From positions 5,888,157 through 5,952,156 of the forward strand of contig NC_068990.1 in assembly GCF_001194135.2 (NCBI RefSeq): a stretch of DNA of 64,000 nt, given 5' to 3'. This DNA is from Octopus bimaculoides. Lineage: Eukaryota. The notes beneath the pieces were generated by a model. The model was not told where the DNA came from, did not search any database, and worked only from the letters and a program-made list of their open reading frames with translations. How positions within the stretch are numbered: position 1 is the stretch's first letter; every line of letters begins with the position of its first letter. The position numbers and the translations under genes are program-made. Shown in pieces: positions 37,701 through 51,660 of the stretch.

Positions 37701-38559
37701 CGTTCTCTTCTGATTCGGATTTAACGCTCGTTTTATTTTATCTTATATTATTCTTCCTGTGCCAATTTTTAATCATATTTTTTACTCTTTTTCTTATTTT
37801 TTTATCATTGTCCTTTATTTATTCCGCTTCCAGTATTCTTTCTTTTCTGTTTTTTTTCTATTTTATCTTTTTTTTTTCGATTTTCCTTTTCTTATTTCCT
37901 TCTTTATACCACTTTCTCTTTTATTGTGTAATGTGTTATTATCACACATCATCTCATATGATTCTATTTTTGTCGTATCTTTTCTTTTTCTGTTCTTTTT
38001 CTGTTTTTGCTGCATTGACAATTTTTCCTTCTTCCCCATCACAATCCCTACCTTGATGCAACAGTTCCATCAAAACCTTCTATGCTATCATCTCCATCAC
38101 TTCTGCGAAAATGCTATCAATATCGCCACCATCACTGCCACTATTAGCTCTGTTATCACCACTTCTATCATCACCACTTCTATCACAACAGCTGCTATCT
38201 TCCCTGCCATCAGTATTACCATCATACCATCATTGTTAACATCGCTTCCATTATTCCCCTCATCAGATGATCACTTGTATCATTAGCCATCATACCCACT
38301 AATAACAACACAACCATTACTGATCCTACAAGAGCATTCCTGTCAGCAGGAATATCTTTTATGAGTAACAAAGATGCACAGATGTCAGATCATTACGGCC
38401 GTTTCAAGCGACTCGTTTAATCGATTAATGAATGAAAACATTGCAAAGAAACCGTTTTCGTCAGGTGACTGCATAGACTCTAAATGCAAAGGACAAACCA
38501 ACTGCTTTAACACATTTGCATCACCAATGGAGCTCAAAATATTTACATTGATACTGCTG

Positions 38560-38631
<72 letters not shown>

Positions 38632-39591
38632 TTTTTTTTGGTGGGGGCAGTTGGGTCGTGTTATCTGCACACACTGCAAGGATATCAAGTGAAAACACTT
38701 CTGCAGAGAGGTTGATATTCACCTGACATTGTTTGGGTGTGCAGAGTAAATCGACCTAATAAGGTGCCTCAATTTAAGTACCTAATTCAACTGAATCTTG
38801 ATTATATATATATATTATACGACACAAACACACAGACACACACATTACTGATAATACACTAGTCCTTTCTTTAATATTCTTTTCATGTAACGAATTCAGT
38901 TATTTATATTCTCCTGTGTACAATAGTCTTTGTGGCTGAGACGCTTATAAATGTCGTACATATTTCTTTATTTCTTTTGACTGGAAGAACAAAAGGATAT
39001 TTTAACGGGGATCGTGAATAGTCGCAGAAATAGTTCGCTATATTATTTATATTTGTATGAGCTAATGGGTAAAATTTTCTCTGCGTGCTCGTCCTTATAA
39101 AAATAGTGTCTTCATCTATTTGACAACTTAGTAGGGGCGTTTGGTCCAAAGAAGGTCTTGATTAAGAGAAAATTTCTTAAGCCTTCTTCGTATAGTCTGT
39201 GGGATCTAGTATTGTCAAGCCATTCAAAGAAGGATTTAGGATTTGTTTAATCTCCTATAGAATATAATTTCATGAAACAGAAAGGAAAAATCTTGATATG
39301 TTACAGTATATAAAAGATAGGTAGATATCCATATATACATACATATATATGTGGATAATATGTGTGTGCATACATATTTATGCATACATACATACATACA
39401 TACATACATACATACATACATACATACACGAGATGACAGCGCTAAGCAATGACGTATATAAATACAAACTTGTTATCAGTTCAAACATGCTGAGGGCAAT
39501 CAGTGAGAAATTTTCTTCATGACAAAATACAGTGAATGGGTTTCTTACAGGTTCGAATATGCCTCAAGCCTATTTATACTGGTGTGTATGC

Positions 39592-39634
<43 letters not shown>

Positions 39635-42600
39635 NNNNNNNNNNNNNNNNNNNNNNNNNNNNNNNNNNNNNNNNNNNNNNNNNNNNNNNNNNNNNNNNNN
39701 NNNNNNNNNNNNNNNNNNNNNNNNNNNNNNNNNNNNNNNNNNNNNNNNNNNNNNNNNNNNNNNNNNNNNNNNNNNNNNNNNNNNNNNNNNNNNNNNNNNN
39801 NNNNNNNNNNNNNNNNNNNNNNNNNNNNNNNNNNNNNNNNNNNNNNNNNNNNNNNNNNNNNNNNNNNNNNNNNNNNNNNATATATATTCTGTACGGCTTC
39901 CTTACTCTTTCTTTTAGCCCCTTCACACTTCCTTCGTTCTTTGCACTTTTCTTTTTCTCGCTCCCCCTCTTGGCCATCCCTTCATTCTCATCACTTTCCC
40001 TTCTCTTTTATCTCCCTTGTACCTTACTCTATGTCCCTTTTCTTTCTTTTTCTCTCTTTTTCGTCCCTCCTTAATTCTTCAATCTCCCTGCCCCACCTCT
40101 CTCCTCTCCTTCCACGTGACCGATGTTCCGCCAAGCCTGACCTTTCTTTCTTGGTCCGACTACCATCTCTGTAGCACCTCTTATATTCCTTCCCATGACT
40201 TTCATCCTCTATGTTCCTCCCATAAGGCTTCACTCCACACACGCCAGATTCATTTAATTCTTCCTCAGTCGAAAGACATCTGCTGTTAATGTCTTCTTGT
40301 CTGTATTTGTAATTGTGTACCATTTCTCCGGTTTTTTCGTGTGTTTATTCGTATACATTCGCTTACTTTCTTCCAAAGAATCTAGTGCTCTTAGCTCAGC
40401 TTTTCTTGAGGCCGGCCAGATTAGAGAAATCTCGAGAGTAACCGGCTGAAACTGCAAAGACGATCTGGAACTCGACTGACGATAGAAAGCACCGAATGAC
40501 CCGTCCTTCTTTGTATCGTGTAACTGTCCGGATATTTCGTTGTCACCTGTTACGTTTTTGTTCCATTTTTTGTTGTTTTACACACATACATACACACGCA
40601 CACATACACACACATACACACATACACACGTATATATATCAGTATATCACATTTGAATCGTAGACATCAGTTAATGTTTCTCCTAAGTTAATATTTTAGT
40701 TTTATCTATGACGATTGTTTCCTGGTGTTCACGTCACTACAATTTATGTTTCTATGTTCACGGAGATGTCAAGCTTCTCTATGCTGACTCACAAAGTTTT
40801 CATCAGTTGAGCCTACTGCTGCACAAAACAGCAATGTATTTTCTGCTATGTGACACCTATTGAGAGTTAATTGAACTGGGTCATTGATTGGTAAGTATAT
40901 CGACCAGATGCCACATCACATTTCTTCTGACAGAATACAAACTTCTGGTCCGTAGCTTGGTAGCCCGACAAAATGTTAGCGTTCCACAGTTAGTGCGATA
41001 GTTCAGTAACACAGTGAAACACCATTTATCAATTTCGATGATTACTCATAAACCTTAATTCCAGATGATTTTCATCTCAGTTATATTACCTTACAGTAAC
41101 ATCAACGTGAATGTGTCTGAAATATATTTTATGAGGACTGAACGGGTGACTTACAAAGAACTTTCCAATATCTGTGAACTGTGTTTGGGCAGAAAATGTT
41201 ACGTATTGTGTTAGATCATTTGAATTTAGAGTCGATTTTTGCACTTTCTGAATTCTTCTGCCTTTCATCAAGGATTCTACAAAGTAATGACTAGTAATGT
41301 ACCAAGTTGTGATGGTGAAACTCTACGCTCAGCTTGTCAAATTTTTACCACATTAATAATGTTCTTATTGGAGTATCCCTTAAATGTATACATATATTTT
41401 AGCTTTAAAAGATGATTATAGATAAGCTTTTTGTAGCATGATATTGCAGGTAATTTTTTTACGTTCATCATATATCTGCTAAATTCCTGTTATATGTTAT
41501 TAGTGATAACGCATGTCATAGGTCTGTCACATTTGTGAAAGAGTATAATCAATAATATACCTCTCAACAATAATTCGTTTTGGAAACCAACGAAGCACCC
41601 TTCGTTGATTGATAGAAATAACAGTCAAATTTCCCTCAAATTACACCCTTACCATCTTAATAAAGACACACTTGATAATGTAGTTTAGTATACATAAGGC
41701 ATGAAAAATGGAATGGCCACTGTTAGAACGTCTTGAATCATATTTTTTGTATGTCAAAGCTTGCCTGTGGCTAAGCAGCAATAACAAATTGGATTTGCAT
41801 CAAACCTAGAAAAATCAATAATTTTATCCATAAACCTATTTCATGTGCAGTTTTTGGTATCCTTGTAGTAAAATCTTCTGTAGCGTTTGTTTGCACAAGT
41901 ATGTTGATATTGAGTTAAAAGATAAACTCAGTCTCTTTTGTTTCTATAATAAAAAAAATATGCTGCTTTGTAAACCTAACATAATACACTTCCAATATCT
42001 TATGTAACTAAACACTTTCAATATTCTCAAATTGATCCCTTTTCTATTTAGATTAGTAAAAAAAAAACACACTAGCTTACTGCAGATTATAACCGATCCA
42101 TCGTCATCGTGGCTATCATCATCGTCGATGTTATCATCATCACAATCATCTGACTCATTCTCATAATTGCCACCACTACCATAACAATCATCATTATCCT
42201 TTTCACGTGGAAGAACTATAGCGATATGTACTTTATTTTCAAATAAAAACATTTTTTGAGATTCAAGCTTCTGCTGTTTGCATTATAATCTTTTTGTTTC
42301 TACTTAAATCATTTTAGTATTTTTTATTCTTAAAATATAATCTCCATATAGACGAAAAGCAGCCATAATGGTATACCAAGTTTACAGTCAAGTTATCAAT
42401 AACGTTAGATATTAGAATCTTGAATAATTTATTACGTTCGTTTCTTCTGAGTTTGAAAAATATTGGATTTCTTCCAATATATTATTTTATGGGTTGTTTT
42501 CGTTGTTTTTCTTCTTTATTGTTTGTTTTCTTCTTGTTCTATAACTCTGTTGGGGATTTTTTTCTTGCAAGTAATATAAAAACAAATCCAAGAAAAGAAA

Positions 42601-42999
42601 AAGAATCATCCTAAGAATTTCGAATCTATATTTCAGATACTTATGCTGCCTATATAAGCAGATTATTTTTTAAATGTATTTGAAGCTGTAACAGCCTTTA
42701 AGTAATCTGTAGTTCCTAGCAGTAATAATTCATGCATAAAATATTGGAATATTACATTCCAATTAAAATAATGAATATTTTAAATAAATATTTTAGCATA
42801 TTTACAAAACACTCAGCTTCATTTGATTTAATTTTATTAAAAGACATTGTCTGAGATTCTTTAGAAGAGCTTTTAATTTTTTTTTTTTTTTCAAAGTTTG
42901 AAGAGAGCCTTAACAGGCAAAAATAAATTGATGAACTATAGAGATGTAATAGATGTATTAACTAGCCTAGTAAAGATTAGTATTGTACAAATGTATACT

Positions 43000-43310
43000 G
43001 GAACGCCGTCTGTTATGACAACGAGGGTTCCAGTTAATCCGATCCACGGAATGGCTTGCTCATGAAATTAACGTGCAAGTGGCTGAGTACTCCACAGACA
43101 TGCGTACTCTTCACGTAGTTTTAAGGGCGATTCAGCATGACGCGGGATGTGACAAGGCTGGCCCTTTGAATTACAGGTACCACTCGTTTTTGCCAGCTGA
43201 ATGAAATAAAGTATCCTGCTCAAAGACGCTACGTGCTACTTGAAATCGAATTCGCAACCTTACGATCGTGCACCGAACATCCTAACCACGAAACCACGCA
43301 CCTTCACTTG
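43000..43310 (-). mobile_element. tRNA-derived SINE, second family; partial copy at about 59075-59200
   Basis: Minus head GCGTGGTTTCGTGGTTAGGATG...GAATTCGATTTC. The body CGAGGGTTCCAG.T.ATCCGATC.ACGGAA..GCTTGCTCATGAAATTAAC recurs at about 59103-59160. Confidence 0.8.
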
Positions 43311-46300
43311 TATAAATGTATAGCTGTATTAATTGGCTTAGTAAACAGATATATCTTGTGAATTGAAAGATAACCACGGTCAAGGCAGTTGTGCATTAAA
43401 TATACGATATAAGGAAGGCTCGACTTGCCAAAAACAGTATCTAAATCTTCTCGAAACCGCATTCCAACGCCTTAAAAAGCACGTATAATAATTTAGGTTT
43501 GGGTACTTGGATACTTATCTAAAATTAAGATGTCATGGCTGGAATGCTTTTTACCACAAGTCTGCTCATTAAGAGCCCTCTTGGAGCTATACGACAACTA
43601 TGTAGGAAATTTCTCCTCTCGCCTTATACCTATCTTCTGATAAAGAAATACAAAAGGTAAGCGTAGCTTATTTTTCAGCAACGACTTCATCCTTGTTGAG
43701 TTACCTCGTATTTTTGCAGAGTTGAATATATAACACCTCATGGGAAATTGATTTATGATAGATTAGCGCCTATCTAGGGAAGTGTTTATTTCTCACCTGG
43801 TTATTATGACAGAAATTGAAGCTAAACACCAAAACCGTGAGATGCTGTGACTCCTACTAAAAGGATTAACTATTTAACAAATTGTTAAGAGCTTATGCAG
43901 TGATTGATAGAGCATCATTAGTGCGTGGATCGTGAATGAATAAATAAATAATAGATATAGCGAATCATACCTAGACGCATACTTGTTTATATTTTAATAA
44001 ATCATCGTCCATTACTCACAATTTGTATCCTGAGGAGATTTAAGTGGTTTGTGATGAATCGTGAAATAAAAATTAAACAGATCGGTCGGATTCTCATCCC
44101 AAGCTGCTGAAAAGGCTTTAATGGGGTTTTAATTTTGCAACAACACTGGATACCTACCAATGATGATCCTTATATTTATGAGTTCATACAGTGGTTTACT
44201 AAAATATGGAGCATCGGTGGTTTATTTACTATCACCTGTGTTAGATTTTGTTTCCACAATCAAAAGAGGCTTAATCGCAACTAGTCCACGTAATCAGTCT
44301 TGATACAGGGGTCAAGTATTATCGGTTGTAGCTATTTTGCTTATGCATTAAGGCCTGTTCAGCAACTGGGATGTGTATTCAATCGATCTGTTTAAGGAAT
44401 TTTAGTTGGTTTTAATTTAGAAGAAGGCTGAAAATATTTCAGTTCCTTCAAACAACTTTGTAGCTTTATACAGCTATGTTCCGTCATATATTGTTTCAGT
44501 TCAATTGTGTACGTTAGCATATTTTGGTAAGTGAAGGACTCCATAAGACAATTAAGTACATTGAACGAAAACAAAGTCTTCAGTAGGACTCCAACAACCA
44601 AACCTTTGTAAGACTTATTGTTACCATTTGTTTCATATAAGGTTTCTTTTCAATATCCAATTTTGATTTGATTATATTTTTGTTACCTTAATCTTTCATT
44701 AATTTCATTTTTTGCTATCTTCTGAAACTTTCTGAGCAATATTAGAATATTTCACAGACTAATCGGATAGTTCAAATGAAATGAAATTAAATTTAAATTT
44801 TTATTTTAATATAATTAATTTGACTTCTAATAAAATTTTCACATTTGTGCAAAGGGATTTTTTCGGTCATTTTTAATGCATATTGCTTTGTGAGTTGTGC
44901 ATAATTAGGTATCTATTTTTACCATTCATTTTCAAAAAATTTGCATTGACATTAAAATTGTAAATGAATTGCTTTTATAATTAAATTCTGTACACTTCAT
45001 TTGATCTCTCGTTTTTAGGACACATATTCCATCGATTTATATTTTTTATATATTTCAAGATAGCAGAGAGGTATTAATAGTAGAATATTATAGCAAATGT
45101 ATAGCAGAATTAATTTACATTCCGAATTCAAGATTTCTCCTATTAACATATCTTTTGTGTCTCCTGGATCTAATAAAATAAGTTCCAGCAATGTATTGTT
45201 AGATTCATTATATTATATCATCACACTACAATTATGTGTTGTATATAAAAGTTAGAAACCATAATCACTACTATGAATTATGGGCTGGGTTTGTCGAAAG
45301 AATAGCTCAACAAACTGAAAAGCTTGAAATAGTTTGTTTTGTATTTCCATATTCAAGATTTAAATTCTATTTAGTGTGCTATATAGATAAAAAGAAATTG
45401 TGCATGCCGACATACATTGCGTGCGACTGAATCTGATTTGTAGTCATAAAAAAAAAATGACGTAATGAATAACATGCAATTTTGTTAATGCATACAAAAA
45501 ATAACAAATGTTTGCAAACAGTAACAGTAATGAATAAAGAATGAATTAGCGAGATTTCATAGTTTTTAAGTCTATTTGAAAAGGTTGTATACGAAACCGC
45601 TCACTATGATGTTTGTGAAAGAAAACATTACAGGACAATACCAAAAATAAAACACCAGGACAAGAATTTTTTTAAGAACGCACAAAGCACTTAAGTGTAC
45701 GTGTGTTTCTAAACATGATTTTTATGTGAGAGTGTTTTCATAAGATTCGCCTAACAATGGAAAAAGTTCTCTGAAGCATGACAAATGTAGATCTCCGGGA
45801 GATCTAGTACTACGGAAATAATAACGATGGTTGTCGAGAAGGAAAGTGGCTAAATTGATTAATACGTTACTCGTTTATTATTGTCTCAATCTCTTGTAAG
45901 ATGTTTTAGTTTTTGTTGATTAGCCCGATGTCAACCTTGACTGTGTAAATCTATGATCGAGAATATTCCAGCCATGATTAACCTGTCTATTTTTAAAGTA
46001 TTTAGTGTAACATTATCCAAATGTAACTTTCGTTGCTTGAAATGGTTGCACTTAATTTCAGGGAGATCTGGTTACCATTTCTAGTTGACCGGGGGTCTAC
46101 GTTGAGGCTCCTATATTGACTCCTTCATAATGTTATTATTGCTTGGTTTCCAAGGAGGAGTATTTTCAGAGATATTCAATCTGTTATCATTCTTTCTTTT
46201 TAAGCATACATTGAATCATGACAAATGAATTTACGTTTTTAAGAAGAGTATGATATAAGAATCAGATATTACATCCCAGTGGCCAAATGACTGCAAAGAG

Positions 46301-46776
46301 GCTTCCCCATTTGACCATTTAATACGATCTTCATGTTGTTTAGCCCCAAGTTGTTGTTTAGCCCTGAATTCAGCAGATATATGATCAAAATATTCCATCC
46401 GTCTCTTTTTAAGACTGATTTAGAGGAGATTTTGAAGCCCTTCTCAAGAAATACTGAAAGAAGGAATAAGGAAAGAAAACAGATGGAGAGAGGTAAAAAA
46501 TGGAAAGAGAACAAAGTCGCGACTGGATTAACGGTTGCATATGTTTTATTTTTTGTACAAATTTTAACCATATATTATATATTCTCATGTTGTCATCCCC
46601 GTTTGAGCTTGCCTGACTCAATTTCCTTCTATCGTGTACCTTCATCTCTTTTACTACCTACTTTTCGGATCTTCGCCACCTCTCCTGAACCACTTTACCA
46701 TCACTCCACCCGGATTACCAGTGGAACTTTATACTTCTCGGATCCTACCATCATAAATCTTATTGTACACTGTTCT

Positions 46777-46825
<49 letters not shown>

Positions 46826-47687
46826 ATAAATAGAAACGTTATTATTTCTAAATTTCTCTTAGCGAGATATTCAGTAGCAGTTTTTTAAAGTAAAGACTAT
46901 TTCCCAACATAATGTGGCTGTCCTGGATGGGACGATTGTTACTGTTGTTTAGCTCCAGCTAGCTATACGACACAATATCTGTGCCCTTATATTTTCCCAT
47001 TCAGAACAGCCACATTATGTCGGCAAAAAGTCTTTACTATATAACATACATATGTGCGTGTGTGTGTCTGTACATGTGTATATATATATATATGTTATGA
47101 GCATACAAATGTGTATTATCCAAACATATTTGTAGAGAGAGAGATGTATGTTTTGTGAATATGTGTACGTGTTTACGTGTTTGTTTGCATGTGTATGCAT
47201 ATGGCATATGTATGTGGGTATTTTTGTGTATGAATGCTACATATGAGCACTTTTGTCGCCATCATTGCCCCAAAATTTACACAGCCAGTTTCTTCCTCTA
47301 TCATATCGTCTGATCACGTTTTCTAACTCAGTGCCTCATTTAATCAACGTAACTTACATCAACTGAACGCATAACAACTTCTGTAACTCGATAATCATCG
47401 ATAATCATGTAACTCGATAATCATCACCCATATATACAAATATTGAACAACTTTGCGTACTTCCGCAGCAAACATGCATCAAGTACGCTTGTATTTTTAG
47501 AATGGTGTTATACCAGCACGCACTATCACTCACACATACATGTGTATCTGATCCAAATCATATGCTTTCGTGTGTCACCATGCATATATGTGTACACGTT
47601 ATGTGTATATGTATATATGCGCATATAATTAATTATATCTTATGTGCATAATTATATACATATACGTTTATATACCTATTTGTGTAA

Positions 47688-47745
<58 letters not shown>

Positions 47746-47804
47746 GCATATATATGTATATATATGTATGTATATATATATGGGAGAATGTATACATATA
47801 TATG

Positions 47805-47898
<94 letters not shown>

Positions 47899-48494
47899 TA
47901 TTTATATATATAGTTATATATTTATATATATATATTCTTTAATTATATTTATATTCATATATTTATACATACATACATACATAATACATACATACATACA
48001 TACATAATGCATACATACATACATACATACATACATACAGATGTGTGTGTGTGTGTTTGCAATATTAAGTATTATAGCTCGGTAAACATCATTTTGAGAT
48101 TAAAAGAACAGAACAACAAGCCCATTAACGGAAATCGAACGACATATCTAACAGTTTATGGCGTTTTCCTGCTATTTGTTATGCCACATTAAACATACCT
48201 CGTCGTCTCCCTCACCATTACCTATAAATTTCTACCTGTATACAATCAGCAATATTTACCTGAGCTTGTTTGGGAATTTGCCAGTCAGCAATTTAGTTGA
48301 AGTTATGTTTAAGAATTCCTCTTCGTAGTTTCCTAGCTTCGTAACTATGGAACACCTTTTTCAATTCCACTGTGCAAGTGTTCGGGTAAGTTTTTTGTAC
48401 AACAGCCTTCGGGTCGACTCACGAGTTTTAAGGAGAATTTGGAAGCTGGAAATTCCACTCAATGTACAAATATACATAAATATACATACATGAA

Positions 48495-48714
48495 TACGAG
48501 CGGTTCTGAAACGTTCTTGGTTTTAAGGGTGCCGCAAAAGGCCAAGCTGGAGGCCCAGCCGTCGAGATTTGTTACAGGGCTTAGAAAAACTGAAGGACCG
48601 CTGCAATAAGAGTGTGAATCTGAGAGGGGAATATGTTGAATAAAATCATAAGGAACTGATCCTCCTGCACTTTCCTCTATCCAAAGCCAGGAGCATTTCA
48701 GCACCCCAGCTCGT
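48495..48714 (+). mobile_element. Short non-autonomous mariner derivative keeping both TIRs and the transposase C-terminal tip
   Basis: TACGAGCGGTTCTGAAACGTTC... and ...GCATTTCAGCACCCCAGCTCGT termini. Internal LLQGLEKLKDRCNKSVNLRGEYVE* is the mariner C-terminal GI.KL..RW.KC...G.YVE motif. Confidence 0.8.
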
Positions 48715-48719
48715 TCTTG

Positions 48720-48818
48720 GTTCTTGGTTCAGTCCCAGTGCGTGGCACTTCGGGCAAGTGAGTTCTATTATAGCCCCGGGTCGACCAAAGCCCTGTCAGT
48801 GAATTTAGTAGATGGAAA

Positions 48819-48854
<36 letters not shown>

Positions 48855-48954
48855 NNNNNNNNNNNNNNNNNNNNNNNNNNNNNNNNNNNNNNNNNNNNNN
48901 NNNNNNNNNNNNNNNNNNNNNNNNNNNNNNNNNNNNNNNNNNNNNNNNNNNNNN

Positions 48955-48997
<43 letters not shown>

Positions 48998-49190
48998 TGT
49001 TCCTCTTTGTCCCCCATCAATGCTTGAAGAATGGTATCGGTTTGTTTACGTCCCCGTGATTTAACGGTTCGACGAAACTATCAGACTTAAAAATAAAAAA
49101 ACAGGGTCTATTCGATTGACTAAACCATTCAAGGTGGTGCTCCAGCATGGTTGCAGTTTAATGACTGAAACAAGTAAAAAGATAAAAGAT
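48720..49190 (+). mobile_element. SINE split by microsatellites and an N gap
   Basis: GGTTCAGTCCCAGTGCGTGGCACTTCGGGCAAGTG...GATGGAAACTG, then the tail GGTGCTCCAGCATGG..GCAGTTTAATGACTGAAACAAGTAAAAG also seen at 50620-50680 and 55965-56030. Confidence 0.7.
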
Positions 49191-49193
49191 ACA

Positions 49194-49253
<60 letters not shown>

Positions 49254-49613
49254 AAGTGTATGTGTGTGTTTCATAATGAAACGACATATTATTAACGCGA
49301 GTGCCTGGGACTGGAATAAGGACATTCATTAAAGAAAATTTCTAGTATATACCCATGGTCAATTGTCCATTACTCTGAGGTATCCTGTATGTATATATGT
49401 GTATGTGTGTGTGTATGTGTATGCATGTATATGTATACATACATACGTATATGTATGTGTGTATGTATATGTCTGTCTGTCTGTATTTATGTATGTATGT
49501 TTTTATGTATGTATATGTGTATGTATGTATATGTGTATGTATGTATGTATAAGCATAAAATCTTCTAAGAATCCATAAGTCATAAAGAATATGCACTTGT
49601 ATAATCAATTTAC

Positions 49614-49787
49614 AATATTATAGATCCACTTCAGCCAATCTTACCAATCCGTTTCGCACTGGGTATTAAATAACCGGATATTAGATAACAGCATGGTTAA
49701 TGCCACGTGCTGGTATCTAATATCCGCTTATTTAATACCTATTGCGAAACCAAGTGGCAACATCGGCTGAAATGGATCTATGATATT
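49614..49787. repeat. Long imperfect hairpin (about 80-bp arms, 14-nt spacer), probable MITE/foldback
   Basis: 49614-49693 pairs with 49708-49787 (TAGATCCACTTCAGCC / GGCTGAAATGGATCTA; GGATATTAGATA.CAGCA / TGCTGGTATCTAATATCC). Confidence 0.85.
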
Positions 49788-49797
49788 ATATACATCG

Positions 49798-49839
<42 letters not shown>

Positions 49840-49843
<4 letters not shown>

Positions 49844-49990
49844 CAGACGTAGCTGATTGGTAAGAAATTTGCTTCTCAACCACATGGTTCCAGTTTCAAT
49901 CCCACTGCGGGGCATCATAAGCAAGTGATCCCGACTAAAGCCTTGTGAGTTGATTTGGTGGATGGAAACTGAAAGAAGCCCGTGATATAT
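49840..49990 (+). mobile_element. tRNA-derived SINE
   Basis: GTAGCTGATTGGTAAGAAATTTGCTTCTCAACCACATGGTTCCAGTTTCAATCCCACTGCG (A/B boxes) followed by the family body. Confidence 0.8.
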
Positions 49991-50539
49991 AAGCATTATA
50001 GATCACACACATATATATAGTGTGTTTTGTTTATAAGACGATTTGCTGCAGGCTAGCCCAGGATAACGTCCGAATGTCCTAGACTAGCCGAAATTACTCA
50101 CCCCCAATCGAATTCAGGAGTGGTAGGTGCCGATATTTCGCCATTATTGCGTCTTATCAATATCATGCACCTGAATCGAACCGGAACGAATACGCCCCAT
50201 GGTCTATAACATTCAAGTATTCTTTAACACTCAGTGTTGTCCAGGGAGCCACTCCAGACGCTACCCCGCAGCAAGTCTGCTTATAAATAAAACATATACA
50301 CTATGTCTGTTCGATCGATACGGTTCACATTACCAGAGCTACTTTTAATTCGTAATCTAATTTTCTTTCACATGTGCTTAGCCGTGACACATCAGCAAAT
50401 TGTCTTCCTTCTAATTATACATAAGTCGTAGACCAGGAGAGTGATTCGTTTTGGTTCGATTCTGGTGTGTGGTATTCATAAGCCACGATAATGTCGAAAT
50501 ATCTGCATTTTTCCATTCCTGAACTTGATCTGGGTCGTG

Positions 50540-50880
50540 TTATTTCGGCTGGTCTATGACATTTAAATGTGCTTTGACACCCAGTGTTGAATTTGGGTCT
50601 ATTCATTCGACTAAAATTTCTTAATGTAGTGCCGTAGCATGGCTACAGTCTAATGACTGAAACAAGGAAAAATAAAAAGGAAAAATCTAATGAGAGCAGC
50701 TGTGCGGACTGCTGTCGTGCTGTAGCACTGCTTTCAAGAGTTTACTCGCACAATTTACCCCCAGTAGATATTTTTAAAGTTTGATACTTATTCTACTGAT
50801 TTCCATTGCTGAACCGTTAAGTTACCTAAACAAACCAGCAAGGGTTGTCAACCGGTAGTGAGGGACAAACACAAAGACAC
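50540..50880 (+). mobile_element. Two adjacent SINE fragments
   Basis: CATTCGACTAAAA..GTGCCGTAGCATGG..ACAGTCTAATGACTGAAACAAG, then TGTAGCACTGCTT..TTCCATTGCTGAACCGTTAAGTTAC; the latter family also occurs at about 52250-52400. Confidence 0.65.
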
Positions 50881-50882
50881 AC

Positions 50883-50958
<76 letters not shown>

Positions 50959-51299
50959 GTGTGTATATANNNNNNNNNNATATATATATGTATATATATA
51001 TATATAAATGGAGCAAAAATGCAATAAAAGACATTAAAATATTAGGACAGATAGACGATACAAAGGCAGACAAGAGAAACAACAATTAGAAGGACAGGCA
51101 AAAAGACGGGTCATTCGTGGCTTTCTTTCATCAGTCAAATCCCAGAAGTCACGACTATTTCGGACAGTTACACTTGAGATGGTTCGATCTGGTTGGCCCC
51201 AAAAAAGTCTATGCTAAGAGCATTAGACCCCTTGTAAGAAAGCTAGCGAATGTATACGGCAACAAAGACAAAAAAAATAAACAAACAAACGAAAGTCTT

Positions 51300-51465
51300 T
51301 TTTTTCTATTTCCGTCTACTCACCCCCAAGGCTTTTGGTTGCCCGTTGCTATAGCAGAAAACACATATCCCAAGTGTCACGCAGTGGGACTGAACACGGA
51401 ATCATGTGTGGTATATAATGTTTACTTCCCAAGGCAAACTTTTTACTACACAGCCACTCCTGCGC
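51300..51465 (-). mobile_element. tRNA-derived SINE
   Basis: GCTATAGCAGAAAACACATATCCCAAGTGTCACGCAGTGGGACTGAAC..TACACAGCCACTCCTGCGCC is the reverse complement of the 49840 family. Confidence 0.8.
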
Positions 51466-51468
51466 CAG

Positions 51469-51516
<48 letters not shown>

Positions 51517-51527
51517 AAGATAGATAT

Positions 51528-51566
<39 letters not shown>

Positions 51567-51576
51567 CATACATACA

Positions 51577-51660
<84 letters not shown>

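Noticed and set aside
40760-44290. Several protein-like frames interrupted by TGA/TAG, suggesting systematic stop-to-Trp recoding
   Set aside because: Selected after the fact from AT-rich sequence with no independent exon support; stops at this density are expected by chance.
44443-44526. Resemblance of PSYIVSVQLCTLAYFG to a PGAP1 segment
   Set aside because: Short match from memory only; neighbouring candidate exons show no PGAP1 similarity, so no gene symbol was assigned.
46062-46460. Exon-like peptides EIWLPFLVDRGSTLRLLY and MEYFDHISAEFRAKQQ / ORF 46333-46833
   Set aside because: Both overlap family-X repeat copies, so the protein-like reading is coincidental.
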